Source: Rhodosorus marinus CCMP1338
Taxonomy: Eukaryota > Plantae > Rhodophyta
Length of the DNA: 64,000 nucleotides
Direction: 5' to 3'
Assembly (NCBI GenBank): GCA_029953675.1
Contig: JAMWBK010000012.1
Location: forward strand, 62,001 to 126,000
Shown: positions 1-12,140 of the stretch, piece by piece
How positions within the stretch are numbered: position 1 is the first letter of the stretch
Layout of the letters: each line of letters opens with the position of its first letter
The notes under the pieces: generated by a model
The model's input: the letters and a program-made list of their open reading frames with translations, nothing else
Databases searched by the model: none
What the model was told of the DNA's origin: nothing
Made by a program: the position numbers and the translations under genes

Positions 1-71
1 GGTTGGGTCGCATACCAGCGACTCATTTCGGAAAAATCGATGGAGTTCGGGTTGGGGGCAAACCCACCCAA

Positions 72-893
72 TCAATCTCCCTCCTTGGAAACGGCGATCA
101 TCACTGGCGGATCAATAATACGGAAATAAATCAGGAAAATTGAAAGCAAGTCCATCCCGCTCCACTGGAACCGGAATTTGAAGTGCATGAAGTTGATCTG
201 AGCTCCTGGGAACACTTCTTCCACAAACGGCTCGATCTCTTTTCGGGCGATCCCCCACGGCATCGGTGGAAAGGTGTAGTTCTTGTTTTTCCACAATCCT
301 CTCACGGTCATATCCGAGAACCACCTCGGAATCACATCGAAAACTAGAGTGGCGTTTGGGTATTTGGCCAAGATCGTTGGAAATAGTTGCCTGACGTCCT
401 CTTCGCGGAAGTACATTAGCAATCCTTGCATGCTAATAAATGCCTTGCCGTCCTTCCCATCTGGGACGTCGTCGAGCCATGTGCAGTCCAGCGCGCTTTT
501 CCCTATGTTTACAAGCCTTTCGTGCGCCGGAATATATTTTTCTCTGAAGGCTATAGCTTCCGGAAGATCGACGGCATACCAGCGGGTTCGGTCATCTGGT
601 ATCCTGTAAAACTGTGTCTCCAGGCCAGCTCCAAGCTCTATAACAATTCCCCCATCGTTTCGGTCGATCCATTCCCTCAACCGCTCGTCCACCCGACTTG
701 ATCTCCATCCGTGCGTAGAATTAGGCTGTCCAAAGTTTCTAACGTAGTCATAACTAATCGACTCATAAATACTCACACACATATCATCCTTTACGAACCC
801 ATCAGTCCTCCGAGCTTCGGCAGCTCGATTATGAAGCGTCCACAGCATCGTCTCAGGAACCCCCGTCAGCTTCACCAAACCCTTTTCCGCCAT
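72..893 (-). CDS. Class I SAM-dependent O-methyltransferase (leucine carboxyl methyltransferase / TcmP-like family)
   Basis: Open, intronless frame. N-terminal LTGVPETMLWTL, SAM-binding VIELGAGLETQF, then WYAVDLPE, SALD and QGLLMYF are typical of this family. First ATG in context is at 893; the ORF track start at 941 is a non-ATG codon. Confidence 0.85.
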   Translation of the reverse strand: MAEKGLVKLTGVPETMLWTLHNRAAEARRTDGFVKDDMCVSIYESISYDYVRNFGQPNSTHGWRSSRVDERLREWIDRNDGGIVIELGAGLETQFYRIPDDRTRWYAVDLPEAIAFREKYIPAHERLVNIGKSALDCTWLDDVPDGKDGKAFISMQGLLMYFREEDVRQLFPTILAKYPNATLVFDVIPRWFSDMTVRGLWKNKNYTFPPMPWGIARKEIEPFVEEVFPGAQINFMHFKFRFQWSGMDLLSIFLIYFRIIDPPVMIAVSKEGD

Positions 894-1699
894 CCCTACT
901 AAAAAAAACAAATCAACCATCAGACTTACTGTAAAATTCACCGTCAGATTTTCAAGTTCAAAGAATTCCTCGGCCCTGATTATCTAGTATTTTAACCAGC
1001 TTCGTACCTACAGACTCCCGATCCCCTTCCCATCCTCCCTCTCCCTCGGGTTCTTCTTCCATGCTCCCGTCACGAACCCATCCGATACCTCTACCGTAAA
1101 TATACTCATTTCAGACGACACGTGCGATATTGACTGATTCTCTTCGCAGCTCTTGCTGGTTCGTACGGATTCGTCGGAATGGTTTTTAGAACGCGGAATT
1201 CGATTACCGTTTAGTACCCATATAAACACTATTTTGTTCTATATAAAACAATCGTTTTTTTAAAGTCCTTTTTTTGTTTGCTTAATTACCACAATTGCAG
1301 CTACGCTCATTGTCTATTTTTAGGTTTAATACCTCCAAATTGATATTTTACACTTGTTGTAATAGCTGTCCTTGACCTTATGGCGTTCCAACGCGGCTTT
1401 ATTGTTCGACGCGCGTCATCAGCGTCTTGTTTCTCGCTTCTCAGGGTAGTTAGGCTCTGAGAAACAGATGATGATGTGATAATAAGGTTCTTTCTCATCT
1501 ACAACTATATAAATACCGAACCTCAAGTATTTTTGGATCCGCATCCACCAGCTTTTCTTTATTAGTGGACTTCTCTGGGTGGATCCGCATCCAATAGCTT
1601 TGCTCTATTTCTAGGCCTCTCCGCGTGTTGCCAGGGCCCCAATAAAATTCGTAAGTTGTACGACTATGAAATGTGAATGACTGGTTTCTTCGTAGACTG

Positions 1700-1868
1700 C
1701 TAAAAGAACCCACCACCCCGAGGGCAAAAAAAGGACGAATGAGGGCGAAGATCATGCGCCTCCAATATCAACGCCCTGCGGGGGAAACTTAGAACGGGTA
1801 AACGAGGAGAGCAGGTCTGAGCGCTCTCGGAATTCGTAAAGCCACGGGAACCGGCAGAATCCAAAGGC
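1700..1868 (-). mobile_element. Degenerate 3' fragment of family B RLE retroelement
   Basis: Patchy similarity to the family B 3' end (ccccgaggg, gcgcctccaa-atcaa, ggaaactt, cgggtaaac). Confidence 0.55.
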
Positions 1869-2389
1869 CAAGACGAACGAATGGTTTAATCACAGTGAAT
1901 CAAAGTAGAAATTATTCTAAAAACAATCTGCCTGACTGCTGGCCGATACAAGGTCCCCGTCGTTGATTGAGGAATTTAGGACGTCAATCTTTCGTGATCG
2001 AACAGTTCTCCGGTATTGGAAGACATATGTTTTTCTATTTATAATTCTGGACTGATAAACTTATATCGGGGCGAGGCCAGAAGCCAAGCTTATTTATTAT
2101 TATGTCGAAACATGGGCTCAATTAACTATATCAGACCGTCTGATAAACATAGGGCGGAGGACTTTTTTTGGTTTGGCCGAAGTGAAAACTCTATCTACGT
2201 CTGTATTCGAATGAACGTGTTTTCCGAGTCTAAAATCAAAACCGGGGGGACCGAAAAGTCCTTTGAGAGGGCGACGAGAAAAATTGCTGATGCGATAGTG
2301 TTAGTAGCTAAACCCGATCTCCTCTGGCAAAGAGCACAAATGGAGTTCGTACATGGGTTTACGTCTACCTCGCGCCGCATTTGAACGGC

Positions 2390-2836
2390 CTCGCCGTCAC
2401 CTGTGACGATAGCCGCCGTACGACGTACGGTGATCTTGCTGTTCCTAATCCTCAGGCAAGTCGTTATTTGGAGGCCGCGGGAGAGCGCCGTGGATTTGTC
2501 GCTGCCAGTATGAGAGCCAGTATGAGATGTCGCGCAAAGAGTTGAAATATGCAGGGGCTTTGTCATCCGCAGGCGTTCGTGCTTCGGCTCTAGCCCATCC
2601 GCTTGGTACCACTGGTCATTGAGTGCTTTGGGTTAAATATGGATTCTGTTGGTTCTCGGTGGCTTTGGGAATTGTTCCGCGAACGCTTGACCGTCTGTCC
2701 TCGTTGTTTACCCGTTAAGTTTCTTACTGGGCGTTTGAACGCTGCTTTGATGTTGGAGGCGCGCGATCTTCGCCGCGCTTAGTCCTTTTTTTCCCCTCCG
2801 ATTTTTGTTCTTTCAGTTTCCGATTGAACAAATTCA
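2390..2836 (+). mobile_element. Family B RLE retroelement, 5'-truncated 3' end
   Basis: Encodes VTCDDSRRTTYGDLAVPNPQASRY and a decayed RLE C-terminus; carries the family B 3'UTR (cagtttccgattgaacaaattc). Confidence 0.85.
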
Positions 2837-4218
2837 CTTGAGATACAAGAGAGTAGACCCGATCAGGACGGTCCACGGCCCACGTCCACGGTCCGGTGCA
2901 TACCCAAAAATAGATGTGAACCAATCTATTTTTAGTGTTAGTAAGTCGCAAACGAGATAGATGTTTTTGGGTGGGTCAAATGCGGTGCGTTCCACGGGAA
3001 AAGAGAAAACAGGAGCTTTCTTGTTGGAACTGGAAAACCTCCGCATTCGGTTCTTCGGTACATGCAGCTAGACGAAGTCCTCCTTTGACAAGAACTTCCT
3101 CAAACCATTAACCTTCTTAGTTCACGGAGCTCCCAGACGGTGAGCTGGGCTCATAACCTGTTGGAACTGGAAGTTTTTACTTGAGCTATAGAGACCCATG
3201 AAGGCGCGTACACAGTCGCCTTTTACTCGAGCAACCCCTCTGATCACGGAGAGAGTGGCTAGAATATTATGTACCGTACATTCGTGCTAGGTATAGGAGT
3301 CGCTGGTTCTAATTTAAGTCATTAGCCCGATGTTGTTGTATGAACGAGAACGAATGGGGTATTGGGAGGGACCAGAGTGAGGGATGATGAATGAACTTCG
3401 AAACAAATAACTTCGAAACAAATACCTGCGTTTTAGTGCAGCGAGTTATCTCCATCGCCTTATTCGCTCATATTTTGCGTGCTTCTTTAAGATCATTTGC
3501 CCGATTGGGTATTTAGATATTTTCCGATATGAAGACCGAGAAAACATTTACGGAGAACTCCATGAATTATATACACATAGAAATTTCAACCATTATTATC
3601 GTTTATTCAATAGCATCAGACGACGACTCAGTATACCAAAAAAAATAACTGGCTGCGAAAATCCGCCAAAGTGCATGTTCTTAAAACATTATATAAAAAG
3701 GCGCATTTTTTGCCTGTGAAATTTATCTTCGAATTTTCATGTCAAGCATAGAAAGACATTTCAAAACATGAGGAATAGGAACACTATCATTTTCTTTTAG
3801 ATGTTGAGAGGAAAGTGGAAACCGCGGAGGGTCAGAGGAGTGAGTGTACGGGGGAAGTCTGAGGGGTCTTTGGGGGAGTGGGTGGGGGTCCGGGGAGTGT
3901 CAACCAGTATCTCAGCCGGCGGAGTGGCGGGCCGTCGTGTTGGGGATCTGTTGCGTTGGTTGAGAGGGCGTTGAAGGTGAGTGAATTCTTTAGATCGTGC
4001 TTTGGGTAGATTCGGGAGCGGCGGTGGAGTGCGGTCGTATAAATGGCTTTCTTTCAGTGGGCTTTGTGAAGTGGCGGAGGGAGGAGATATTCTAGAGTCA
4101 GGGATATATAACGTGACTTGGTTGCAAGGGGAAGACGAGTGTTTTGGGATGATGGAGCAAGGAGTGATAGTCCTTCGAGGAAGGCCTGCGGAGTGGGTGA
4201 AGTTGTTTTTTTTTGAGG

Positions 4219-4884
4219 ATGAAGAAGACTGTTGGATATGGCTTGTTCTATTTGGGTGGTTCGCCGCACTGGGCCCGGGAGAGGCCTTTGAGGGAAAGCC
4301 AAACGTGATTCTGATAGTGCTTGACGATCTTGGTTATCATGACCTCGGCATCCAAGGGAGTGAGGACGTCAAGTCCCCCAACATTGACAAACTGGCGACA
4401 GATGGGGTTAGATTCACCGATGGATTCGCTCCCAATCATTTTTGTGGACCTTCGCGGTCTGGTCTCTTCTCGGGTACTTATCCCTTCAGGATCGGCGCCG
4501 CATTCAATACACCGAAGGACTACTGCGACAAAACAGTTGGACTACCGGTGGACGTGGAGATATTACCAAAGACGATGAAGAAGGCAGGCTACAGGACTTA
4601 CTGCGTCGGAAAGTGGCATTTGGGCCATACGACAGATCATCACCCGAAAAACCGTGGATTCGACGGGTTCTTCGGGTTTCTCGGCGACAGTTGGAACTAT
4701 ACGCTCTCTGAGATGTACGACGAGGAGCTTGACGATTTGACATGTACAGGGGATTCCAGCGAGTTGCAGGCACTACCTACGCCACCGATGATTTTACGGA
4801 CGCCGCTATCTCGTATATATCGAAATCGAGGAGGCTTGAGGAACCTTTCTTCCTTTACCTAGCGTATAACGCTTCGCATACTCC
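4219..4884 (+). pseudogene. Truncated, frameshifted duplicate of the sulfatase at 32413-34095
   Basis: Near-identical N-terminal half (KPNVILIVLDDLG, CGPSRSGLFSG, GKWHLG). ATG at 4219 is out of frame by one missing T; a second deletion frameshift lies near 4737; the copy is cut off by a retroelement at about 4890. Confidence 0.9.
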
Positions 4885-4889
4885 TAGAT

Positions 4890-7551
4890 ACGAAGCGCGG
4901 TTGCCCAGGAGGCGACAGTCGCAGGCGAGCATACAAGCCGACGGTCCGCGACGCCAAATCCCCCTAAGCGCAACGGTAGGACGATCTGGGCACGAATTAA
5001 GTCCCTGTCTGGAGCAGATTCAAGATCCAGGGGTTCATCCAAGACCGTTCCCCGGTGTTTCAGCATCATATCGTCGGCCTTAGGGCGAACCAGTAGTTGA
5101 GCCGGGGACCGGCGCACAAGCGGGAAAGCAAGCATGCAGATTGCAGCATGCTGTCTGGTAGGCGTTCAATGGCGTCAGTAAGCTGTTTTTTCGTTGCGAA
5201 GACCCGTTCGCAAGAGTCTTGAACAAAATTGGCACTCCCCAAACCGATGCCATGGTGCTGGAGCCCGTCACGTATGCCGAAGGGTCGGAGACTAGAGGGC
5301 AATGAGTCCATCGCAACTTCGCTCGGGGCGAGAAAACGGCACTTCGTAGGTTCGACGATCAGACCTACTTCACGGGCAATCGCTTATTTTGGTCAATCGC
5401 CGAGCCAGGGTCTCAGGTGTGCCCAACAATGTTACGTCCTCGTGGTAGGCGCAGATACAAAGATCCAGCACCTCGGTCGCAAGACGCAGGAGAAAAAGCT
5501 GAAAGGCACAGGCGTGAAGGATAGGCCCGCAAGGATCGCCTTGTTGCACTCCAGCATGCGCTTCAAAAACAGTGCCCTTTGTTGTCCAGTAGGGGAGGCC
5601 CCCCCCTCCGTAAATACCAAATAGGAAAGGCAAAGCCTCCGGGAATACCCTTCGAATCACCTCTAGAGCATACGTCGGCGAAACGCTGTTGAGTGCATTG
5701 CGGAAATGCACCACCAAAACTCCTTAGTCCACCCGCTGGCTCGCTCCAGCCGGATCGCATGGGTGATCAATTCGCAACCCCCGGAAAATCCCACCCCTAC
5801 TTGCAACGGCGTTAAAAGCTGTGACCCGCTGGCGGAGGCGCTGGCATATCCACCTCCCGGCTAACTTCCTGAGGCTCTCGAACATACCGATCGGCCGGGG
5901 ACTCGGGTGTGCCGGCTGGTGGTCGGGTTTCGTTAGCAAGCAAAGCTGTGCCGGCCGGAGGCATCCCACGAACCCAGCTGCTGTAGTTTTGCCTTGTAAC
6001 GCGACGCCGGCACAAGCCGCCTTTCCCTATCGAAGAAGTTGGCGGCCGCGTGCAGGTGACGTATGCCTGACCGGAAGCGCTCCAACAAGATCCTCTCAAT
6101 GCGCTGAATGCGCAGCCGATGGATGGCTGCCACCTTTGCGCGCCAAGCTCAGGAAGATGAGGTCGAGAATGGCCCCAGCCATTGAGAGTTCTCCTCGAGG
6201 TAGTACGAGAAGAGGGATCCTGCCCCGGAGGGGTAGGGAGCCGCCTTCCTAAGAATTCCATCGTCCGAGCCAACTCCGAAAACGCGTCCTCCATATGCCC
6301 CAGTCTCCGCCCTCTTTCAGGACGTAGGCATGCAGGTCCATTGGCTGCGATCTCGCAGCCAAACAAGAGGAATTAATCGTCTTTCTCCCTCTTAGACCCG
6401 GGGGATTCGGTCCTAACGCGCTGGCTGCATGGCTGCCCTAAAGTTGTCAGACGTCCACTCCGCGAGGATCGCAGTGAGTTGCCTTCGGGATTCGACGAAT
6501 CGATTGGGATTCTCTCGAGGGACATGCCTTCCAGCGCTCCAGTCTCGCCACTCTCATTGGAACTGGTACTAGGGGCAGATCCCTCCAACGCCCCCAGCCG
6601 CTGTAGCTCTACCTTGTGGCTCGAGGACACCACAAGACGCCTCTCCGGATCAAAGAAGGTGGAAACTGCTGTGCGCAGGTGATGCGTACCTGACCTAAAA
6701 CGTTCCAACAAAATTCTCTCTATGCGATGAATGCGCAGCCAATGGATGACTGCCGCCTTCACGTTGCTCTCCGGCTCCGAGAGCCCTCCAGTCTCCCCCG
6801 GGGACAGAAATTGCCCCGAGAAACGGTCGAACGCGAAATGCAGGCCGCCCTGGGGGTGAGAATGTAACCACCGGGCGCTCTCAGGCCACTGTTCGGTGTC
6901 TTGGCCAGTAAGGCCTGGAGGTACGTGGCCGCGTTCGCTGTGACCAGGAAAAGAACGTCCCGACCCTCGTAGTTGGCAAAGATAAAGTCTTCCCGATTAC
7001 AGCCCAAGTATTCCGCAAAAACGTTAAAACGTTGCGGAAATCGCGCATGTTCGGCACCTCACCCGGGTTGTCCGCGGCGGAACGTTCCGCACCCGGACAT
7101 ATTGCAAAGTAGTTTCCGTGGTTCCAACCTTAGGCTCGCTATGATGGAAATACCGTATCATTGCCGCCATACGGGCGGCAGTGGTACCTCTCCACAGCGC
7201 CGAAATGTATGATGGCCCCGCCTTGGGGCGATCACTTACGCCAGCCTGGGCCCGAGGTTGTTGACCCGCGGGGGCCTGCCGAGGACCCGGAAGTCCGCTC
7301 CAGATGAGGGGGGTGCTAAGCCTGGAGGCACCGCTTCATTCGCCGCCAAACCGGTTGCCTCACAATCACCACCGCCTTTGCGTCCAGTCCCCGAGCGCTG
7401 AACTCGTTTTAGCCCCGCATTCCACTCCCCAACGCCGCACTGTCCCACACAGGGCCCGCCGCCCTCGCCTGTCCCGGGACAGGTTCATCTCGACTGACCG
7501 ACAGATTTTGACTGCCTTCAGAGACAGTTGCCACTCTGGGATTCAAACTGG
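4890..7551 (-). mobile_element. Older family A subfamily copy (A'), 3' segment: ORF1 C-half and ORF2 RT region, degenerate
   Basis: Fragments homologous to family A ORF1 (KAAVIHWLRIHR) and RT (FRNALNSVS, QQGDPCGP, CAYHED); multiple frameshifts; RLE end missing. Confidence 0.9.
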
Positions 7552-7627
7552 GCTTTACTGGGCTTTGCTGGGCTTTAATGGACTTTACTAGCATAGCCTG
7601 AAGCGCTACGCAAGGCGTGAAGATGAA

Positions 7628-10600
7628 CTAATAACTAGGGAGGGAAGCATGCAACCCCAGGCGCCGATGGCGCGCCTCGGAAAGCATGTGGCTGGAATAT
7701 CGCCAAAGGGAGACACTTAAACGCCTCAAGAGCGCCAAATATTCAGTAGCATGCTCAGCAAAACATTTCCGCAACCACTCTAAACCCGACTTATCCACGT
7801 GACCAAAGCTTTCCACAATGAATGGCTGGAACCGGTGAGAGCGACCCTCAGCGCAAGGCAGACTGGCCATGCTCTCAGCATACCGTCGTTCCTTAACTCT
7901 TCGAAGGGCTGAAGCCGCGGCCCCCCGGCGGCGGGCGGCTGCGGTGAGGTGGGCGCTGGCCACGGGGCAGGTAATCGCAAGGTCCACATATGTTGAGCGT
8001 CTGGCAGCAGCGTCAGAGACGAGGAGATCGGCTATACAACGGGGCGGTGCAGAGTCCGAGATTGATCTGGGCACTTCCGACTCAACCTCAACCGTATGCC
8101 CTATCCGAGTCAAAACTTCGCTGAGGATGTACTTGAGGCGAGTGTGACGCCTCGTACGGAGACCTCGCAACATTCCGCAGGAACCCAGGAAGTGGTAGCC
8201 ACAAGCGTCAATCCGGCTCTCACATCCCTGACAGAAAGACGGCCGATTAGAGTGCCACGGAGCCTGTGGCAAACCGAGATAGATCCGTGCGGCAGAACGG
8301 AACTGGAAAGCATCGAGACGATGACTCAATGACGACGGTAGAGTGGTTAACCACAAGTGCGAGAGGTGGCCTCCCATGCCGCGGAGACGAGCGGCAGTGG
8401 TAGGCGGCGTGAGAGGAGAATTGAGCATGACTGTGTGAGCGGCACTGTGTTGGCCCCAGGTGAGGCTATGTTGAATCACATCAGTGCGGGAGCTCCACAA
8501 TCGGCTCAAACCCGGATAGTCTGCAACAGGGGACCCGGGGCTAGCCTCTCCGTCATCGGCAAGAACTCGGTCGAGGGGAGAATCCTCAATCGCTTCAGCT
8601 CGTCCCCATAACAGCTCCCTCCAGGAACGAAAGTGGGACCGATTTGCGTCCGGCACGGCGTTGCACCTCCTGAACGCGTGTTGAAGACCATCATAAATTG
8701 TCAAAAGCGGGGGCGGCAGGCTCACTGGATCCTCGTCGGTCAAAGCTCGAGCCAAGAGGCAGGCACTTCGCATCCGGAAGGTCACCAACGTTCGCAGCGC
8801 GGTAGCCCAGGAGGCAACCGCCGCTGGCGAGCATACCAGCCCACGGTCTGCGACGCCGAATCCCCCTAATCGCAACGGTAGAGCGATCTGTGCACGAATA
8901 AAGTCCCTGTCGGGAGCAGCTTCAAGATCGAGGGGCTCATCCAAGAGCGTTCCCCAGTGTTGCAGGGTCATCTCGTCGGCTTTAGCCGCGATCCACGAGC
9001 CCCAAGCTGGAAGCAGGCTGCGCAACCAGTAGTTGAGTCTGGGACCGGCACAAAAGCGGGAAAGCAAGCAGGCCGATTGCAGCATGCTGTCGGGTAGGTG
9101 CTCAATGGCGTCGGTGAGTTGCTTGTGCCGTGCCAAAACTCGCTCGCAGGATGCTTGGACAAAGTTGTCAGTCCCCAATCCGACGCCGTGGTGTTCGAAC
9201 CCTTCACGTTCGCTGATTAGTCGCAGAGTGGGTGGCAGAGAGTTCAGCGACACGTCCCTCGGGGGGGGAGAAAGCGACATTTTTCTGTTTCCACAGTCAA
9301 ACCGACGCGACGTGCAATCGCTTCGATCGCGGTCAGTCCCCTAGCCAGGGTGTCAGGGGTGCCCAGCAATGTTACGTCATCGTGGTACGCGCAGATTCGA
9401 AGATCCGAGACCTCAGTCGAAAGACGCGTAAGTACGAGCTGTAGGGCACAGGCATGAAGAAGAGGTCCGCAAGGGTCGCCTTGTTGGACGCCAGTATGTG
9501 CTTGAAAAACAGTGCCCTCCGTTGTCAAGTAGGGGAGGCTCTCCCCTCCGTAAATACCCGATAGAAACGGCCACGCCTCCGGAAACACACGTCGGAGCAC
9601 CTCTAGCGCATGCGTCCGCGACACGCTGTTGAATGCGTTCCGGAAATCAACCACCAAGACTCCCCACTCCGGCCTACTGGCGCGTTCTAGCTCGATCCCA
9701 TGGGTGATCAGTTCGCAACCCCCAGAAAATCCCACCCCTACTTGCAAGGGCGCCATAAAAGCTGTGACGCGCTGGCGAAGGCGCTGGCATAGCCACCTCC
9801 CGGCTAACTTCCGTAGGCTCTCCACCATCCCGATCGGCCGGAGACGCGGGTGGGCCGGCTGGTGGTCAGGTTTCGTGAGCAAGCAAAGCTGTGCCTGCCG
9901 GAGATGTTCCCATGGCGCGGACGCACCCGATACGCCCTGGAACAACTTTTTAAGGATCCTCAGAAGCGCGCTCTGGCCAGGCTGGCTCAGGGCCTGCAAT
10001 AGCTCTGTTCTTAGTCCGGAGGGTCCAGGACAGCGTCCCCGACGCGAGGTACGAAGCAAATCCTCCAGGTCAGACTCACTGAGCGTCAGATCGATGCGAA
10101 ACCTGGCCAATTCCGGACGGTCCAAGAATACCTCGAATTCAGGGGACAAATCCACGTCGGACTCAGGGAACAAAGACGACACCGTCTGGGCGAGACTATC
10201 ATCGTAGGGGAGGACAGGCGCCTGGCCCTCCAAAACCCGCGCCGCTCGACTTAAATCGCCCACTGCTACCAATTTCTGTACTCGAGCTGGCACGGGCGAC
10301 ACTGTGCCATGCCGAGTCCGACGGGCGGATGGTGCTGACGACGCCAAATAGCTGCGCTGTAGTACTTCGAAGTCTCCCTTCAAGAACAGGGCCAGTCGGT
10401 CTCGTACTCGCCATCTGCGCTCCGATGTGTGAATGGGGGCCAGAATCAGGCGCGGCATGACCCCCAGAAAAACCCAAATGACTGTGTCCCGAATGTTGCG
10501 AGCCAGGCTCGTGAAGATGAAATCGAGAATGGTTCCAGCTACTAGAAGGTCTCCACGAGGAAGGACGACTGGGGGAATGCCCCCACGGAGGGGAAGCGAG

Positions 10601-10701
10601 CCTCCTTCCAAAGAAATCCACCGCCGGAGCCAACTCCGAAAACGCGTACGCCAAATGCCCCAGTCTCCGCCCTCCTTCAGGACATAAGACTGTAGATCCA
10701 T
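7628..10701 (-). pseudogene. Family A ORF2 (RT, CCHC-type motif, PD-(D/E)xK endonuclease), one frameshift near 9265
   Basis: DFRNAFN, QQGDPCGP, YHDD; CQGC..DACGYHFLGSC, RTRRH, ADL..VDLAIT..KE, FQPFIVESFG. The break is in a G homopolymer. Confidence 0.9.
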
Positions 10702-10732
10702 AGGCTGCGACCTCGCAGCCGTGCCTGGAGCG

Positions 10733-12140
10733 CTAATCGTGCTTCTCCCCTTAGACCCGGGGAGTCGGTCCTCGCTCTCTTACCTCCTATCCGCACCAAA
10801 GTCGTGAGCCTCCCACTCCGCGAGGCTCGCGGAACGGATCCCGCGGGCTTCAGCAAAGTAACCTGGGCGTCCTCCACCGCCATGCCCTCAGTCTGCTCCC
10901 CTGCCTCACCACTCTCGCTGGAAGTAGTGCTGGAAGCGGAGCCCTCCAAAATCCCCACCCGCTGCAGCTCTGTCTTGTAGCGCGAAGTCAGCACAAGTCG
11001 CCTCTCCAGATCGAAGAAACTGGAAACCGCCATGCGCAGGTGACGAGGGCCCGACCGGAACCGCGCCAACAAGATCCTCTCAAGGCGCTGAATCCGTAGC
11101 CAATGGATCGCTGCCGCCTTCACGCTGCTCTCATGCTCAGAGAGCCCTGCCGTTTCTCCCGGAGACAGGAAATTGCCCGAGAAACGGTCAAAATCGAAGT
11201 GCAAAACCACCTGCGGGTTGCAGCGCAGCCACCGGGCGCTCTCAGGCCACTGCTCGGTAGGCTTCGCCAGCAAGGCCTCCAGGTACTTGGCGGCGGTTGC
11301 GGAGACCAAAAACAGCACATCGCGGCCCTCATAGTTTGCGAAGAAGAAATCACCCCGGCTGCACCCTAACGATTCCGCAAAAGTGTCCCGGAAGTCTCGC
11401 ATAGACGGAACCTGTCCTCGTGTAGTCTGGGGCCGGACATTTCGCACCCACAGAAATTGGAGAGTGGTCTCCACAGGTCCATCCTGAGGCTCGCGAGATT
11501 GTATGAAACGGAGCATAGCCGCCGTACGTGTGGCAGTGGTGCCCTTCCGCAAGACTGATGCGTACGAAGCGCCCCCCTTGCGGCCACCACGTGCCCCCGA
11601 AGTAGCCGGGAGCTGGTGACGACCTGAGGGCTGGTCCAAGAGAGGGAAGTCCACAGCTGCAGTCTCCTCCACACCGGTTGCCGCACATTCACCACCACCA
11701 TTGCCTCGAGTCCCCGAGCGCTGAAGCGCGTTTTGGCCCGGCCTGCCGCTCCCCAACGTCGTACTGTCCCGCGCAGAAGCAACAGCCCTCGCCTGTCCCG
11801 GGACAGGTTCATGTTGATTGATCGGATGTTGACTGCCTTCAGCCAACGCTGCCACTCTGGGGCAATTCAAATTCTCGTCCGAATTTGAATTTGACCTGGC
11901 CAGCAATCCCGATTCCAGCCCACCTAGCTTCTGGGTGAGCTGAGGGAGCACTCCACGATCACTCGCAGCCGTGATCAGGCTGGTGACAGCGGAGATAAGT
12001 GAACGCGCCTGGGTGCCAGAAGCGCCTTCCAAGTCAACCTCGGAAGAAAACGTGCCGCAGCTGAGGCGAACACGGAGTCCCCCACCTGGCAGTGCCTCCT
12101 TGGGAGGAGGCTCCGTCGAGTGCGGAGATATCCCTACCAT
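10733..12140 (-). CDS. Family A ORF1 protein (C-terminal 1-nt deletion causes read-through to 10677)
   Basis: Colinear with the intact ORF1 at 42035-43444; conserved ATG in MVGISP. Confidence 0.75.

Noticed and set aside
3981-4218. N-terminal extension of the 293-aa sulfatase-like ORF
   Set aside because: Starts at GTG in sequence homologous to the non-coding upstream region of the intact gene; an artefact of the frameshift.
9629-10207. Recurrent antisense ORFs (192 aa, 140 aa, 92 aa and others) in every family A copy
   Set aside because: Shadow frames of GC-rich ORF2. They recur only because the copies are near-identical and have no independent motifs.
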